DNA of 64,000 nucleotides from Chrysomallon squamiferum (Eukaryota; Animalia; Mollusca), in assembly GCA_012295275.1 (NCBI GenBank), contig CM022666.1, positions 15,996,001-16,060,000 on the forward strand. Direction: 5' to 3'. Every line of letters begins with the position of its first letter. The first letter of the stretch is position 1. The notes below the pieces were generated by a model. It had not been told where the DNA came from, ran no database searches, and worked only from the letters and a program-made list of their open reading frames with translations. Position numbers and translations under genes: made by a program. Positions 49,378 to 64,000 of the stretch are shown one piece after another.

Positions 49378-52300
49378 GTATGTTAATAAAATAATATAAA
49401 GAGAAGAAACAAAGTATATTTTTTAAAAAGTCACTTCTAGTAAATAAATGATATCTACTTATTTTTTTTTATTACAAAAGCTTTTGATAAAAAATATTTC
49501 TTTAAAAAGTTATTTAAAAAGTAATAGAAATAAATATTTATAATTCTTTTTTTTAAAGAATCATGACTTTTGAAGTCAATAATTTTATTTGTACTCTTCA
49601 GTATTAAAAATAATAAAAAATAAAATAAAATAAATGTCTCATTCTATGTTTTATTATTAACAAAACTGAGTGTGAGATACAAACTCACATTAATAAAAAA
49701 AAAAAATCTCACAGAAATATGTTAAATGTTAATGCATGTATTGCATGGACCTGCTCATAATCACATTAAAAACTTTTCTCAATGTCATTTACCGGTGAAG
49801 ACTAAAATACATAACAAAATATTAAAAGTGACGTAATTACCAGTTCGTCTGTTTCTTCTGAATAAACGATTTTACTCGTTTTCCTGAACTCACATCCCAC
49901 AGATGTAGATTTGGAATCCCAGACTTTGTACTTTGATCAACTGTGGGAGAAAAATATTATAGTACAGTTGTAAAAAAGTATTTATGTTTTAAAAATACTG
50001 TAATATTAATAATCCATAGCAATCTTCAGTCTTAAGACTTAGTACTGAATTAATTAACACAAATGTCAGGAGATCTGGAATCAACATTATGAATAGTGAA
50101 ACATGCCAGAACTGAACAATAAGCTTATGTTTTAACAATAGTGAGGTTTGGCATTAGTATGAGCTATACTGGTTTCGTATAAAACAGGTTATTTTTCATT
50201 CTACTTTTGTTTTGATTATAGAAGTTGGTAATATACTGAAAATATCTTTAAAAAAAAAAGTGTTGAAATAACAAACAAATAAGCAGATAAAAAAACATGT
50301 TTTTCTTTTCTTTTCTTTTTGAAGTAGGCAAATGTGGTTAGATACAAAATGGAAAAAGAAAATGAAAACTCGCTGCTACTACACATATGGGTTACTTTTT
50401 TCTTTTCTTTTTTTTGATGTGATACAACAGATATTGCACACTTTGATATTCAAGTCATGTGATGTTATTTCATGGAGGAAACAGTCCCACGTTTGCTGAG
50501 AGATTGGACATTGACCAATCATTTTTCATGCCAAAGATCCACCATTGAGCTGTAACTGCCTCCCTTTGTCTTACACTCTGCTGTAAACTATCACCTGTTT
50601 GTTAATTAACTCACCTGTATAAGGCGTCCAGGTTGCTAGGATGCTGCCATGAGATGAAAATTTCATCTGTGTAACTTTAGGGTTTTCTCTTTCGTGTATT
50701 TTTTCATATGATGATGTTTCCACTATGTGTATACTGGAGAAAAAAATTAAATAAAAATAAGTTAAAATTAAAAACTTAATTACGGTATTAACTTCAAATA
50801 ATCTTTATTCATTATTCTTTAAACTGCTGAAAATTATGTCAAATAAATAAATAAAATGATCTAAATTTTCACTATGCTGATGAGCCAGAAGTATTTTCCT
50901 CAAGGTTGAGCAGAAGCCTTAAAAAGTGACAGTCTCAAAAGTTAAATTGTAATTAATAATAATAATACAAACAGTATAAAAATAGTACAAGTAATAATAG
51001 CAGCATTCAAAATAAATAAATCACAGTCCAAAAACAGTTAAAAAAATAATAACAATAAAAAATAAAATAATAATAATCAAAGCACAAACCTGGTAGGATT
51101 GCACCAGGCAAAGAAAGACCCATCTTCTGTGAAGCACATGGACTTGCAATTGTTGTTGTCATCTCTAGAAAGAAAGAAAGATTTATAAAAAAAAAAAAAA
51201 ACATTCAGTGACACTCAGTTATTTTTAACCTTCAGTTATATTGTAAAACCAAATATACATTGTGAACAGAGGACAGGGGAAGATACTAGAATACTCAGCA
51301 ATAGGTTATACAATATTCATAGTTAGCAAAGTATCTCTTTAATATGAAGCACACCATATAAAGGATAATGTTTAATAATAATGCAGATATATTATTCAAC
51401 TGAGTTTTATATAATTTCACATTCTATTTCTAGTCCTATTTCATACTGGTTACTGATCTTTGTTAATAGTAAATTTATAATACTCATTTTAACTTTTATA
51501 TAATTTGAGGACATTCCATATTAATTTGCTGTGTCTACAATCTTTATTAGTAATACATTCAAAATGTTAGGTATTTCTGCAAGTCATTTCTAGTACAGTA
51601 GTAGTTTCAACTTTGTGAAAATTATCCACAGGGAAAAATAAGTTCAAAAAGGCAAGTGAGAAAGCACATATCTTGGTATTTAATAAACTTGTGCAGCTGG
51701 GAAAGAACACAATTAGAACACTGAATGGGACTGATCCTGAGACAAATGATTCCTCAGAGAATATTTTATTTTATCACCAGGAATAACCCAAAAATAACAA
51801 TGAATAAAAATTATACCCTTTGAACGACCATGTTGATTCCAAGTCTGATGGTCCACTGACCATAGAAACTCCCTCAGAGCCTCGAACTGTAAAAAAAAAA
51901 TGTATTAATGAAAATACAATGTTATCATATACATTGTGTAATTAATGTGGACCTTTGAAGTTTGATGTCATGAAGAAATACAGACATAATCCAAAGGTAA
52001 ATAAAGATATGTTTTATTTGGGTGTTTTCACTGTACAATTTTAATTAATAACAAAGTGTAACTGACGATTATAATTACAAGTTATATTAGAGCTGCCATT
52101 TTGATTCTTTTGTTTTTCTTAAAATTAATAATAATTATAAAAAGGAAAATATTTCAAATATTTAGAGAAGCAAATGGCCACATCAGTCTAAATATCTCCA
52201 TTATGTTCACTGAGCTCAATTCTCACATTTAAAAAAAATATTTAAATTAAACTGTCCCAAGAGTTGTTTGATATCCTACCCTGTCGTACATCATAAATTA

Positions 52301-53434
52301 GGTTGACTTGAAAGTGAATGGAATTAACCAAAATACTGAAAAGTAAGGTGTCTCTGTGGCGTTTTTTTTTTTTACTGATATTCAGAACATAATGATGTAA
52401 AGAAATATAATATCAAACATTAAAATTCAATTTCTCTAAAATTAATGCCAAATCTGTTGTAGACAGTAACTGACAAAGGAAGGTGAAATCTTTGTAACCA
52501 GAATTTTACACTATTTTAGTTTTATTAGTTTATGACATAAACCAGTTATTCAGTATGAAATGATGAATGCTAGTAATGACTTATTTGAGGAGTACTGTAA
52601 TGGTGTTGTATACAGTATAGAGTATAAACATGCTCAGTTATTTATATACCAAATAATTTGAAATATATGATTGGTATATGAATATGTAATCAGTATTTAA
52701 GTTTATGTCACTAAGCCTGTGTTATCATTATGTTATATATCATTATATGGGATTGTAGTCCAGAATAGGTTCAAGTTGTGTATACTATCGGCGTATCGGC
52801 TTAGCCATTGGTGATGATTAATGATGCTGATAGCGGCACACAGATGTAAAAATTATACTTTATACTTATATAGTTATGATGTATTCTGCTATTCTGTATT
52901 CACATACCAACATAACCATGGTCATGATCAGATAAGCATAATTATAACGATAATGTATTATTAATACTATAATCAGTTTAATGACATTCAATGGATTGAT
53001 GATTTGATCACACATTTTTATTCAAACTTCTTCAAGTTCATCATTATAATTATAATTTATGATATTGTTTTCGGCCTAAAAATTACTCCTTATTAGTTTT
53101 CATAGTTTGTTTTTCAATAAATCGAAATGGTCTTTATCATGTCAACAAATATTATACAGGTGTCGATTTTCTCACGAACTGTAATGCGCAAAGAACGAGC
53201 CGAAGACAAATAGACCGGGTTATGAGACCATCCTGTATCCAAACTTTCACTTTGCTATCTTGAAATAAAACTATTACAGCTAATAAATGTAATTAAAATA
53301 AATATCTTAACAACAAATTTAACTTTTCGTTCATGTCTGTGCTATCTGTTCTTCTCAGAATTTCTGAAACATTTTAAAATAAACACATTAAATAATTCGC
53401 AAAGAAAAATCTCACGTGCTAAGGGCGCAGACAT
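39916..53434 (-). CDS. EIF2A: eukaryotic translation initiation factor 2A (WD40/beta-propeller), 18 coding exons, ~574 aa; one apparent 1-nt frameshift
   Basis: Exons 53434-53416, 51886-51817, 51164-51090, 50733-50615, 49940-49841, 49339-49257, 48717-48617, 48239-48122, 47481-47371, 46937-46870, 46391-46290, 45912-45738, 44834-44668, 44184-44083, 43446-43385, 42993-42871, 42218-42153, 39978-39916. Motifs match eIF2A as recalled: LRGSEG, SFIQKK..NWCPQWS, YVPGSKGQPSYVR, ANKSFFKAE, SYYGEQGLHYI, FDFGTGPRN, LAGFGNL, WHPDGEHFVTATCSPRLRV, YRPPGLR, KIKNLKKKL, GKQLELNQ. Confidence 0.95.
40187..40330. repeat. ~29-bp tandem repeat x5
   Basis: TATACTAGATGTGTTTCTAATGTTGTNCAG-like units in the last eIF2A intron. 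Confidence 0.8.
41470..41635. repeat. 67-bp tandem duplication plus partial third copy
   Basis: TGATGCAAATGAATTTGTTTCCCAGACTGGTGCTGCTTGTTTTCAAGGAGGAAAGTAAGACAAACA occurs twice. Confidence 0.9.
45913..46289 (-). other. U12-type AT-AC intron in eIF2A
   Basis: Donor |ATATCCTTTT at 46289, branch-like TTCTTTAAC, then TTGGTCAC| ending at 45913. The join gives HGN-I-LCLAGFGNL in frame. Confidence 0.92.
46392..46869 (-). other. U12-type GT-AG intron in eIF2A
   Basis: Donor |GTATCCTTT at 46869 and a perfect U12 branch TTTTCCTTAAC 8 nt before the AG at 46392. The join gives VYG-Y-MPSK in frame. Confidence 0.92.
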
Positions 53435-55850
<2,416 letters not shown>

Positions 55851-55904
55851 CACACACATCAATAAAACCGGTATCGACGTTTGAATGTCATGGACCAATG
55901 ATGG

Positions 55905-55935
<31 letters not shown>

Positions 55936-58343
55936 TTGCCTCTTAATTGTTGTCAGATGCAATTCTCTTCAATGGAAACAAGTCAGACATAAAACGTGCT
56001 ACTCAACTCTTCAATTTTCTGTTTCTTTTTTGTACATATGTTAGTGTACAAATAAATAAAAATCTATGATGCATTTTCGTTTCCAAGGAGACTATGTTTA
56101 CTTCTCAAATCTTCTTGCCTTCAAATTGTGTACATTTTGTTTAACAAATGTGAATAAATTGTCTTCTTTAAATGTATCTAAAGCATGTAAATTGTTTATA
56201 ACAGCACATTCCTAGGGATGGTTTTTATTTTTTGTTTTATGTTCTGTTTTTTTTGTTAATTTTTAATGCTGACAGTATGTTGAAAATTTCTTTTAAAGAA
56301 AGAACATTAATATATTTTTTTAAATATCAATTTTAACTAGAAAAATATGAATTAGTTTTTATTATAAATTAATTACACAAATATCTGTTTTGAATGTTAA
56401 TTGTAATTTAATTACAAATACATAATTTTATTGTAGTAAGTAACGATTTAATATGAATATGAAATTTGCAAACTCTACTGTGAAATTTTAGTGTACTATA
56501 CATCTTGTTGTCAGTTAAATTAATAAAAAATCAAATCATCAGTTTATGACAATAATAAAATTACAAATTATTATTGTTATTCATAAATAAATAACAACAT
56601 TACAAGTTAAAATAAACCCAGAATGTTGATCTAGTTCAGATTTAGTTTCTACAGTTTTCATTTTTGTTTGTTATTTATTTATTTTGTTATTTATTTATTT
56701 ATTTATTTATTTATTTTGTTATTTATTTATTTATTTATTTACTTTTTTTTTTTTAATTTTTTTAATTTTAAAAGTCTGAAATGTTTTAACTAAATGCACA
56801 AGTTACAGGATATAAATGTGTGTCACTGAATTTGAAAGAAAGGTAATGCATGGAATTATAATGACTTTTTTTTTTTTTTTTTTTTTTCAGTTATTTTTTT
56901 TTTATTATTGAAATTTTAGTCAGACTATTTAACAATGAATAAGTAGATTTAAACTTTTTAATAAATGACGCAATTTATTTTTTCCAATATATTTCCTCTT
57001 TTTTTTGTTTGTTTTTATTTTAAATCTGCTTGAATAAAAACTAAAGAAAGATAACTCTACAGCCTTTATCAATTCGTGAATTCATAATTATCTTTCTTCC
57101 ATAGTTGGCAATCGGCATTTAGCATTCTTCTTCTTCTTCTTCTTCTTCTTGTTATTTTTAATGGATTGCAGTAACATCTTGAAATGGTTTTTAGCACTTT
57201 TTATGTGCAGTAGAATATAGGATCGATTTACTACCGATTGTTTCTGATGAACGTCGTCTGCATTTTTCTGTCTGAGGTCGAGGCTCAGTCAAAAAGCCCG
57301 TACAGTATATTAACGTTTTGTTATGTCAACAGACGGATGATACGGCATAACGCATCCGCCTCGTTTTAGGAGTGATAAACATTTCATTTACAAATAGATT
57401 AAATTATCAAATCTCACATGTTATTAAATTGATTGGAAACTCTTGCATTACAAGTTATTTTTATGGGGCAATAAAACATCTGAAAAATAAAAATAAATAA
57501 ATAAAAAAAAGAATAAAATTAAATAAATTCAGATCTGACTGTTTAGACAAAGGTGTGGTTTATATCTATCGATAAGCACAAAAGTTCAATGAAACTATTT
57601 TTAATGTTTGTGTGAACGACATCGGTGTAATACTGTCATTATTTAAGATTCTATGAATTGCCAGTGTTTTGAAGTGAATTTCAAACTCCTGACAGGGCAT
57701 CGTGTTAAAACCGTAATTTTTAAAATGATCAATGTTAAGTGTGATTCGTGCCATTCTTTGTTTTGTGTCTCAAATTATTTGGACATTTGTACTTTTTTGT
57801 GTTGCCAACATTAAATGACATAATACGATAAAGATAAAATATAATCGAGCATAGTGAATTTCTAGACGGGCTATAAATAAAACAAATAATATTGATAAAA
57901 AATGTATGAAGATACACACAAATCATTTCATTTCTTTACGTGTCTAGTTTTGTTTAACATTTTTATTTTGAAGTGATTAGGAAGGAGTTACAATTTAATA
58001 AAATAAATAAATAAATAAATAAATAATATTTAAAAATAAAAATAATAATAAAAAAAAAAAGAAAATAAATTACTATAAATACTTCACGACACTTCTGGTT
58101 ATTTAGTTCATGAAATGTTCTTTCGTGTCACAAACATTCCACGTGAAGAAAAGAAAAAAAACAAAGTCCTAAGATAATCTTTATATTTTTAGTTTATTTT
58201 ACAATAGTTTGTAATACATAAATATGAACAATACAAGAGAACAGTTATATTCAGTTTCTGTATGAAATGTATTTAAACACGTGCTGTTCAGAGTTTGGTG
58301 CGGCAGACGTTGTTGAATCTTTCTAACAGGAAAAAAAAAAATA

Positions 58344-58411
<68 letters not shown>

Positions 58412-59383
58412 TAATAATAACAACTAAATACTAATGGCAGACGTTTTAAAATGTCTTACTTCACAAATTCCACGTGCAGTGAAAATCAGGGATCCTACGA
58501 AGCTCTTGGTTACCAAGACAACAGTTTTAAAATTTTGGAAGAAACAGAAGAACTCAACTTTTCTTTTTAATTTTTATATAGTAATTTTTATTTTTTTAAT
58601 TTATACAATTTTAAAATAATAATAATAATAATAATAATAATAAGAAGAAGAAGAAGAAGAAAAAAAAAATAATAGTAAAAAAGGACAAAAATATTTTCTT
58701 GGTTCGTTTTTTATTCTCTAGTTCTTCTTGTCAGCTGAAGGTTATGATTGGGGAAAGCGAATACAGAGAATATTATAATTATTATATATAAATTCACTTA
58801 TTTTCGTGTTATTTTGGAGAAAAATTCATTAAGCACAACACGCGAATGATGCACGTGCATAACTTTTGAAAACTTGGAAGCCGTAGAGTTGAAACGAGAC
58901 GATTCGATGATTTGCGAAAATTATTCAGAATTCAAATTTCAGAATATTTAACTAATAGCTCATTTATTTACTTAATAATTGGTAGTTATGTTCATCCAAT
59001 GTCTCAGGAATAATAACAGTAATAATAATAATATTAATAAGAAGAAGAAGAAGAAAACGTACATTAGTTGTAGCCGTAGTAATAGTAGTAATTCAGTAGT
59101 AGTTGGAATTCGGGCCGGATCTATTGAAACTAATGAAACTTACGTTTTAGGGCCCTAATCCCAAAAGGGAACTTGAAACGACTTTAGTACAAAAAAAAAA
59201 AAAAAAAAATTCAAAAAATTCGGACCATTAACCTATATAGTTCTGCTGCACTATAATCTATATTCATAGAACAGTCGTACTGAAGTAGATAACAGTGATT
59301 ATCTAGAGGTAATCACTAGTTGTAAAGGATCCGCGTAACAGTTCAAACTCGCTCCCCCCAAATGTATTTTCACCACTAATTAA

Positions 59384-59416
<33 letters not shown>

Positions 59417-59708
59417 CAGTAGTAGTAGTAATAGAAGCAGTAGATAGGTGTATTAAGTAATAAGCTTGTTGTCTCTTTTATTTTTTACGCTTTTCGTAAA
59501 GTGGTTTATATGCACGTACGTTTATAATACAACAGTGTGGGAAGGTTGGAACGAGAAGAAATTAAATACATCAGATATAAACCTGAGAAGCAAGGTAAAT
59601 ATTAATAAAATGGAAGAATGGTTATGATAATAAAGATAGTATGTTTTCTTGTCGCTGAAAAAAAAAAAAAAAAAAAAAAAATAAAATAAATAAAATAAAT
59701 AAATAATA

Positions 59709-59757
<49 letters not shown>

Positions 59758-59762
59758 TAAAA

Positions 59763-59797
<35 letters not shown>

Positions 59798-59974
59798 AGT
59801 TAATAGTTTGCTAAATCCTGAATTCGTCTTTGTATCAAAAATCTTAATTATTATGTTTTTTGTTTTTCAAAATTGAATTAAACTGCAAAGGTCTGCTTTG
59901 AGGTAGTCTAAAGCAATGTTTTATATTTATACCTGAAATAAAACAAACATCTTTATCTGAACATATGTGTAGAA

Positions 59975-60036
<62 letters not shown>

Positions 60037-61345
60037 CATAGAATATGAATAAAAATAAAATTAAAATATTTCTTTCATTAAACATTTATTATTATTTTCA
60101 CTAAATTAACATATAAAAGTGAAAAAGGAGAAAAAAAAAAAAAGTATTTACTTATGTCGTTAAAGAATCACAGAGTATAACATATATTTCCAAACTTATG
60201 TATATGTATAAAATACGGTACTTAAATAACACGTTTCTTAAATAATACATATATAATAGTACATAATATTATTTGTATATATACACATCAATATGTAGGT
60301 ATAAACATATATAGTCTATTCTTCGTTTGGTATAAACGTCCTTGAGATATGCAGCATCTAAATCATAAACAATGGCAAGCGAAAATTTACAGATATCACC
60401 AGCATAATAATAATAATCATTACAGACACGTAACAGTCCTACGCTATGTTGTTATTATTTAACATGTATTTATTTAAATTCACAACCGCAGTTATCGTTC
60501 TTGTTCTTCGTCCAGCAAACGCATTTAAATGTTGTTACGTAACACAAACAAAAAGAGCGTTTAATTTGCTCCGAAATTCCAACAGCATCCGTGCCAGAGA
60601 AGTAAAACACAAAAAGAAAATTCTTTATATATTATGAATAGTCTGGAGTTTGGTTAACAGTCATTTCTATGAATGTAGTTACGTCCCTTGGTAAGACGTT
60701 GACGTCACAGTTGATATGCGTAATTATGAAATACGTGCGTACAACGTTCTGTTTGACATACGTCTGTTAATACAACGTTTGTTTTGATTTTTGCACAAGT
60801 TATTCTGTTTTTGCAATTTTTTTTTTTCTTTTTCCCATACCCATGATCTTCGTTGTATTTACGTATATACTCGTGTTTCGTTTTTTTTTGGCAGTATACA
60901 GCTACAAGTATTTACAAATATCAGCACCCATTTTGTCACGTTTTAAAACGTTACGTCATCCTACATAAATGAAAACGTCACATGTCCTCGCTTTCATTTA
61001 CTTTCCTCATTTGCATACATTCTGATTACGTGGTGTGACGTAATCTTCTTCATGTTCTTGTTTTGTTTTTTTGTTCCATCCATTGGCGTCATTACTAGCC
61101 CTTATCGAGGATAGTGATAACCGAACGTCTGCCCAATCAAAACGGGTTGATTAATGCAACCTTGTTAAACACTGTAATATATATATATATAATTTTTAAT
61201 TTTTTTTCCCCCTTGCATAGCGTTAGCAGGTCATCTGCATAAATTATTATTATTATTATAATTATTAATTGTGTTCTGGCCAATCACACTGTGTTTGACT
61301 GCACGGGTTACATGTATAAATTAGCATAGAATCTGAGGTTGAGGT

Positions 61346-61520
61346 TTATCTGCACTGGCTGAGGTTCAGAGTTTTCACGCACGTTTTGCACTTCACGTAA
61401 CAGCACCAGTAGTATTTGCATTCACACCTCTCGGCAACCTCCATGGTGAAGCTGTGGAAACCACGCCCACAGCACATCGTATCGCACCCGCCGGGCCCGT
61501 AGCTGTCTTCATCACACAAC
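61346..61520 (-). CDS. WNT11: last coding exon of a Wnt ligand, most likely Wnt11 subfamily (upstream exons outside window)
   Basis: After ttgcag| (phase 2): (R)LCDEDSYGPGGCDTMCCGRGFHSFTMEVAERCECKYYWCCYVKCKTCVKTLNLSQCR*. The C..CCGRG..ERC.C...WCC.V.C..C......C pattern is the Wnt C-terminus. CKY.WCCYV resembles Wnt11 (CKYHWCCYV). Wnt family is near certain; the subfamily is less so. Confidence 0.85.
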
Positions 61521-62013
61521 CTGCAACAACATAACAGAGATACACAAACATCATCAACAACAACAGCAACCAGTAGCTGTCTTCATCACACAACCTGCAA
61601 CAACATAACAGAGATACACAAACATCATCAACAACAACAGCAACCAGTAGCTGTCTTCATCACACAACCTGCAATAACATAACAGAGATATACAAACATC
61701 ATCAACAACAACAGCAACCAGTAGCTGTCTTCATCACACAATCTGCAATAACATAATAGAGATATACAAACATCATCAACAACAACAGCAACCAGTAGCT
61801 GTCTTCATCACACAATCTGCAACAACATAATAGAGATATACAAACATCATCAACAACAACAGCAACCAGTAGCAGTCTTCATCACACAACCTGCAACAAC
61901 ATAATAGAGATATACAAACATCATCAACAACAACAGCAACCAGTAGCTGTATTCATCACACAACCTGCAACAACATAATATAGATATACAAACATCATCA
62001 ACAACAACAGCAA
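61499..62013 (-). repeat. 74-bp tandem repeat x7 spanning the Wnt last-exon acceptor
   Basis: Units start at 61499, 61573, 61647, 61721, 61795, 61869, 61943. Each carries minus-strand TTATGTT(G/A)TTGCAG|(G/A)TTGTGTGATGAAGACAGCTAC. Confidence 0.96.
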
Positions 62014-62849
62014 TAAAAAAAAACACAAAAAAAAACACACAACAGGAACAACAGTAACAGCAACAACAACAACGGCAATAACAAAAACAAAAACAAAAAC
62101 AAGAGGGACAACAGTAACAGCAGCAACAGCAGCAACAACATCAAAAACAAAAGCAAAAACAACAACAGCAGTAAGACGTAACCGTTTCTGATAGGAAGGA
62201 ATATTTCGTGAACAGATATGCACACCATGCACACATTCAAATATACATAAATACACACACATATATAGATACATTAAAAAACAGAATATACACGCTAAAC
62301 ACATGTAATGTAATGTTATTTACATTACGTTGTAATAACAAAGCTGGCCCACACATATTTACACAAATTAACCATTTGTTTATTTCTTTTCTTTTTTCTT
62401 TCTTTCCTTCTCTCTTTCTTTATTTTGTTCATTCGTCAGATTGTTATGGACCTTTTATTCACGAATCTGGTATATATTTAAATTTTATCATACTTGCGCA
62501 TGCGCGTTTAATGTTTATGTACGTTTAAACAACAGGTGACAAAGTGTACCTTAAAATAGACTCTGCCGTAGTTAACTTTTTTTTATTTTTGTTAGTTATA
62601 CGCCGGTTTCATTACGTTTTGTTCATTAAATAAACTAAGCATTTCTGAAGTATATCCGCTTTGTTGCCGCTGGAATGTGTTTGAAGAGAGCAGCTCTCAA
62701 ATAAAAGTGAATTACCCGCTTAAATTCGTTTTCTTTTTATAGCCGCCATAAGAAGTTCAGCTGTCCGGCTCGTTGCAAAAATTGACTGACAAAAACGAGC
62801 GGACTGAACATTTAAAGTGTTCCGTGATACGGCGAACAGTTGGTCCAGT

Positions 62850-63540
62850 CAAATTGTATTAGTTCTTAACAGCGCTTAGCAAAATATCTTTTAACTTATA
62901 TTAATGTGAAGTTGTATTGACTGGTGATGGTTATTAGCTTTACTTACGTTAAAGTTAAATTATATTAACTATGGATCGTTATTAGCAAAGTACCACTTCT
63001 GACGTTAAAGTCAAACTATTTTAGTTGTGAACAGTGGTTAGCAAAATATATATTTAACCTATGTTAATGTGAAGCTATATTTACTGCGGATGGTTGTTAG
63101 GAAACAGTATTTACTTATGTTAAAGTTAAATTATATTAACTTTGGACTGTCGTTAAGCAAAGTACAGCTACAGATGTAAAATTTAAACTCTATTGGTTCT
63201 TAACAGCACTTAGCAAAATATATTTTAACTTAAGATAACGTCAAACTATATTAATTGTGGGTTGTTATTAGCAAGTAATCTCTACTTACGTCAAAGTTAA
63301 ATATTTCAACTATGGAATGCCATAAGCAAAACATTACTACAGACGTTAAAGTCAAAATATAATAGTGGTTACCAAAATATATTTTAACTTGCGTGAATTT
63401 TAAACTATGTTAACTGTCAACCGTTATTTCTGCTTACGTTAAAACTATATTAACTATGGAAGTCATTAGCAAAGCACTGCTAGTGACATGAAAGTCAAAC
63501 TGTGTTAGTAGTGTATTGTGATTAGCAAGCTAGCTTAACT
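62850..63540. repeat. degenerate ~44-bp tandem repeat in Wnt intron
   Basis: Recurrent ACGTTAAAGT(T/C)AAA(C/T)TATATTAACT and TTAGCAAA motifs. Confidence 0.75.
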
Positions 63541-63869
63541 TAAGTTTCTAGTTTAGTTTCTTGTCATACTCATTCACCTGGCGCTCATGGAAGAAGGATG
63601 CATGAATTCAAGTATTTAGCGGTGATGTACGCGAACATGAAAGGGGCGTGTGTGAACTTGGTTTATGAACTAGTCATAATTCAGCGAGGAATGCGGTTAT
63701 ATATCATATCTGTCGCGCTTGTAAGTTCACTGGGTAAATGTGGGCACCCTTTCCCACAGTCAAAGAATAAAAATACAATAATAGTAACAATAACAACAAT
63801 AACAATAACAACAAAAGAACAAAACAACAAAACAACAAACAAACAAACAACAAAAATAGAAATAATAAT

Positions 63870-63882
63870 GATAATGATGATG

Positions 63883-63958
<76 letters not shown>
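63870..63958. repeat. (AAT)n microsatellite
   Basis: Visible run. Many similar (AAT)n tracts occur elsewhere, e.g. 2788, 14817, 15380, 23748, 24706, 58345, 59710, 59977. Confidence 0.95.
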
Positions 63959-63960
<2 letters not shown>

Positions 63961-64000
63961 GTGAAAAAAAAAAAAAAAAAAAAACCCAGAAAAAAACAGT

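Noticed and set aside
59110-59336. Possible MITE ends (GGGCCGGATCT ... GGATCCGCG)
   Set aside because: Terminal match too short and no target-site duplication evident.

Overview
AT-rich, microsatellite-laden animal (invertebrate, mollusc-like; species not determinable) genomic DNA. I reconstructed five intron-containing genes by hand from splice signals and protein similarity recalled from memory. They are: the 5' part of UGGT (minus, running off the left edge), a complete 5-exon UNC-93-like MFS transporter (plus), a complete 18-exon eIF2A (minus) head-to-head with a 3-exon SERP1/RAMP4 (plus), and the last coding exon of a Wnt11-like gene (minus, rest beyond the right edge). Most ORFs in the supplied track are microsatellite artefacts. 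The most striking pattern is that exon-intron junctions of the form CAG|GT have been tandemly amplified in three different genes: a UGGT donor x5, an UNC-93 donor x7 inside a (TG)n tract, and the Wnt acceptor x7. This creates arrays of decoy or ratchet splice sites. Other notable points: two consecutive U12 introns in eIF2A, an apparent 1-nt frameshift in eIF2A, inverted repeats flanking UNC-93 exon 2, a candidate 18-nt UGGT microexon and a strand-specific intronic RNA hairpin. No databases were searched and no alignments were run.
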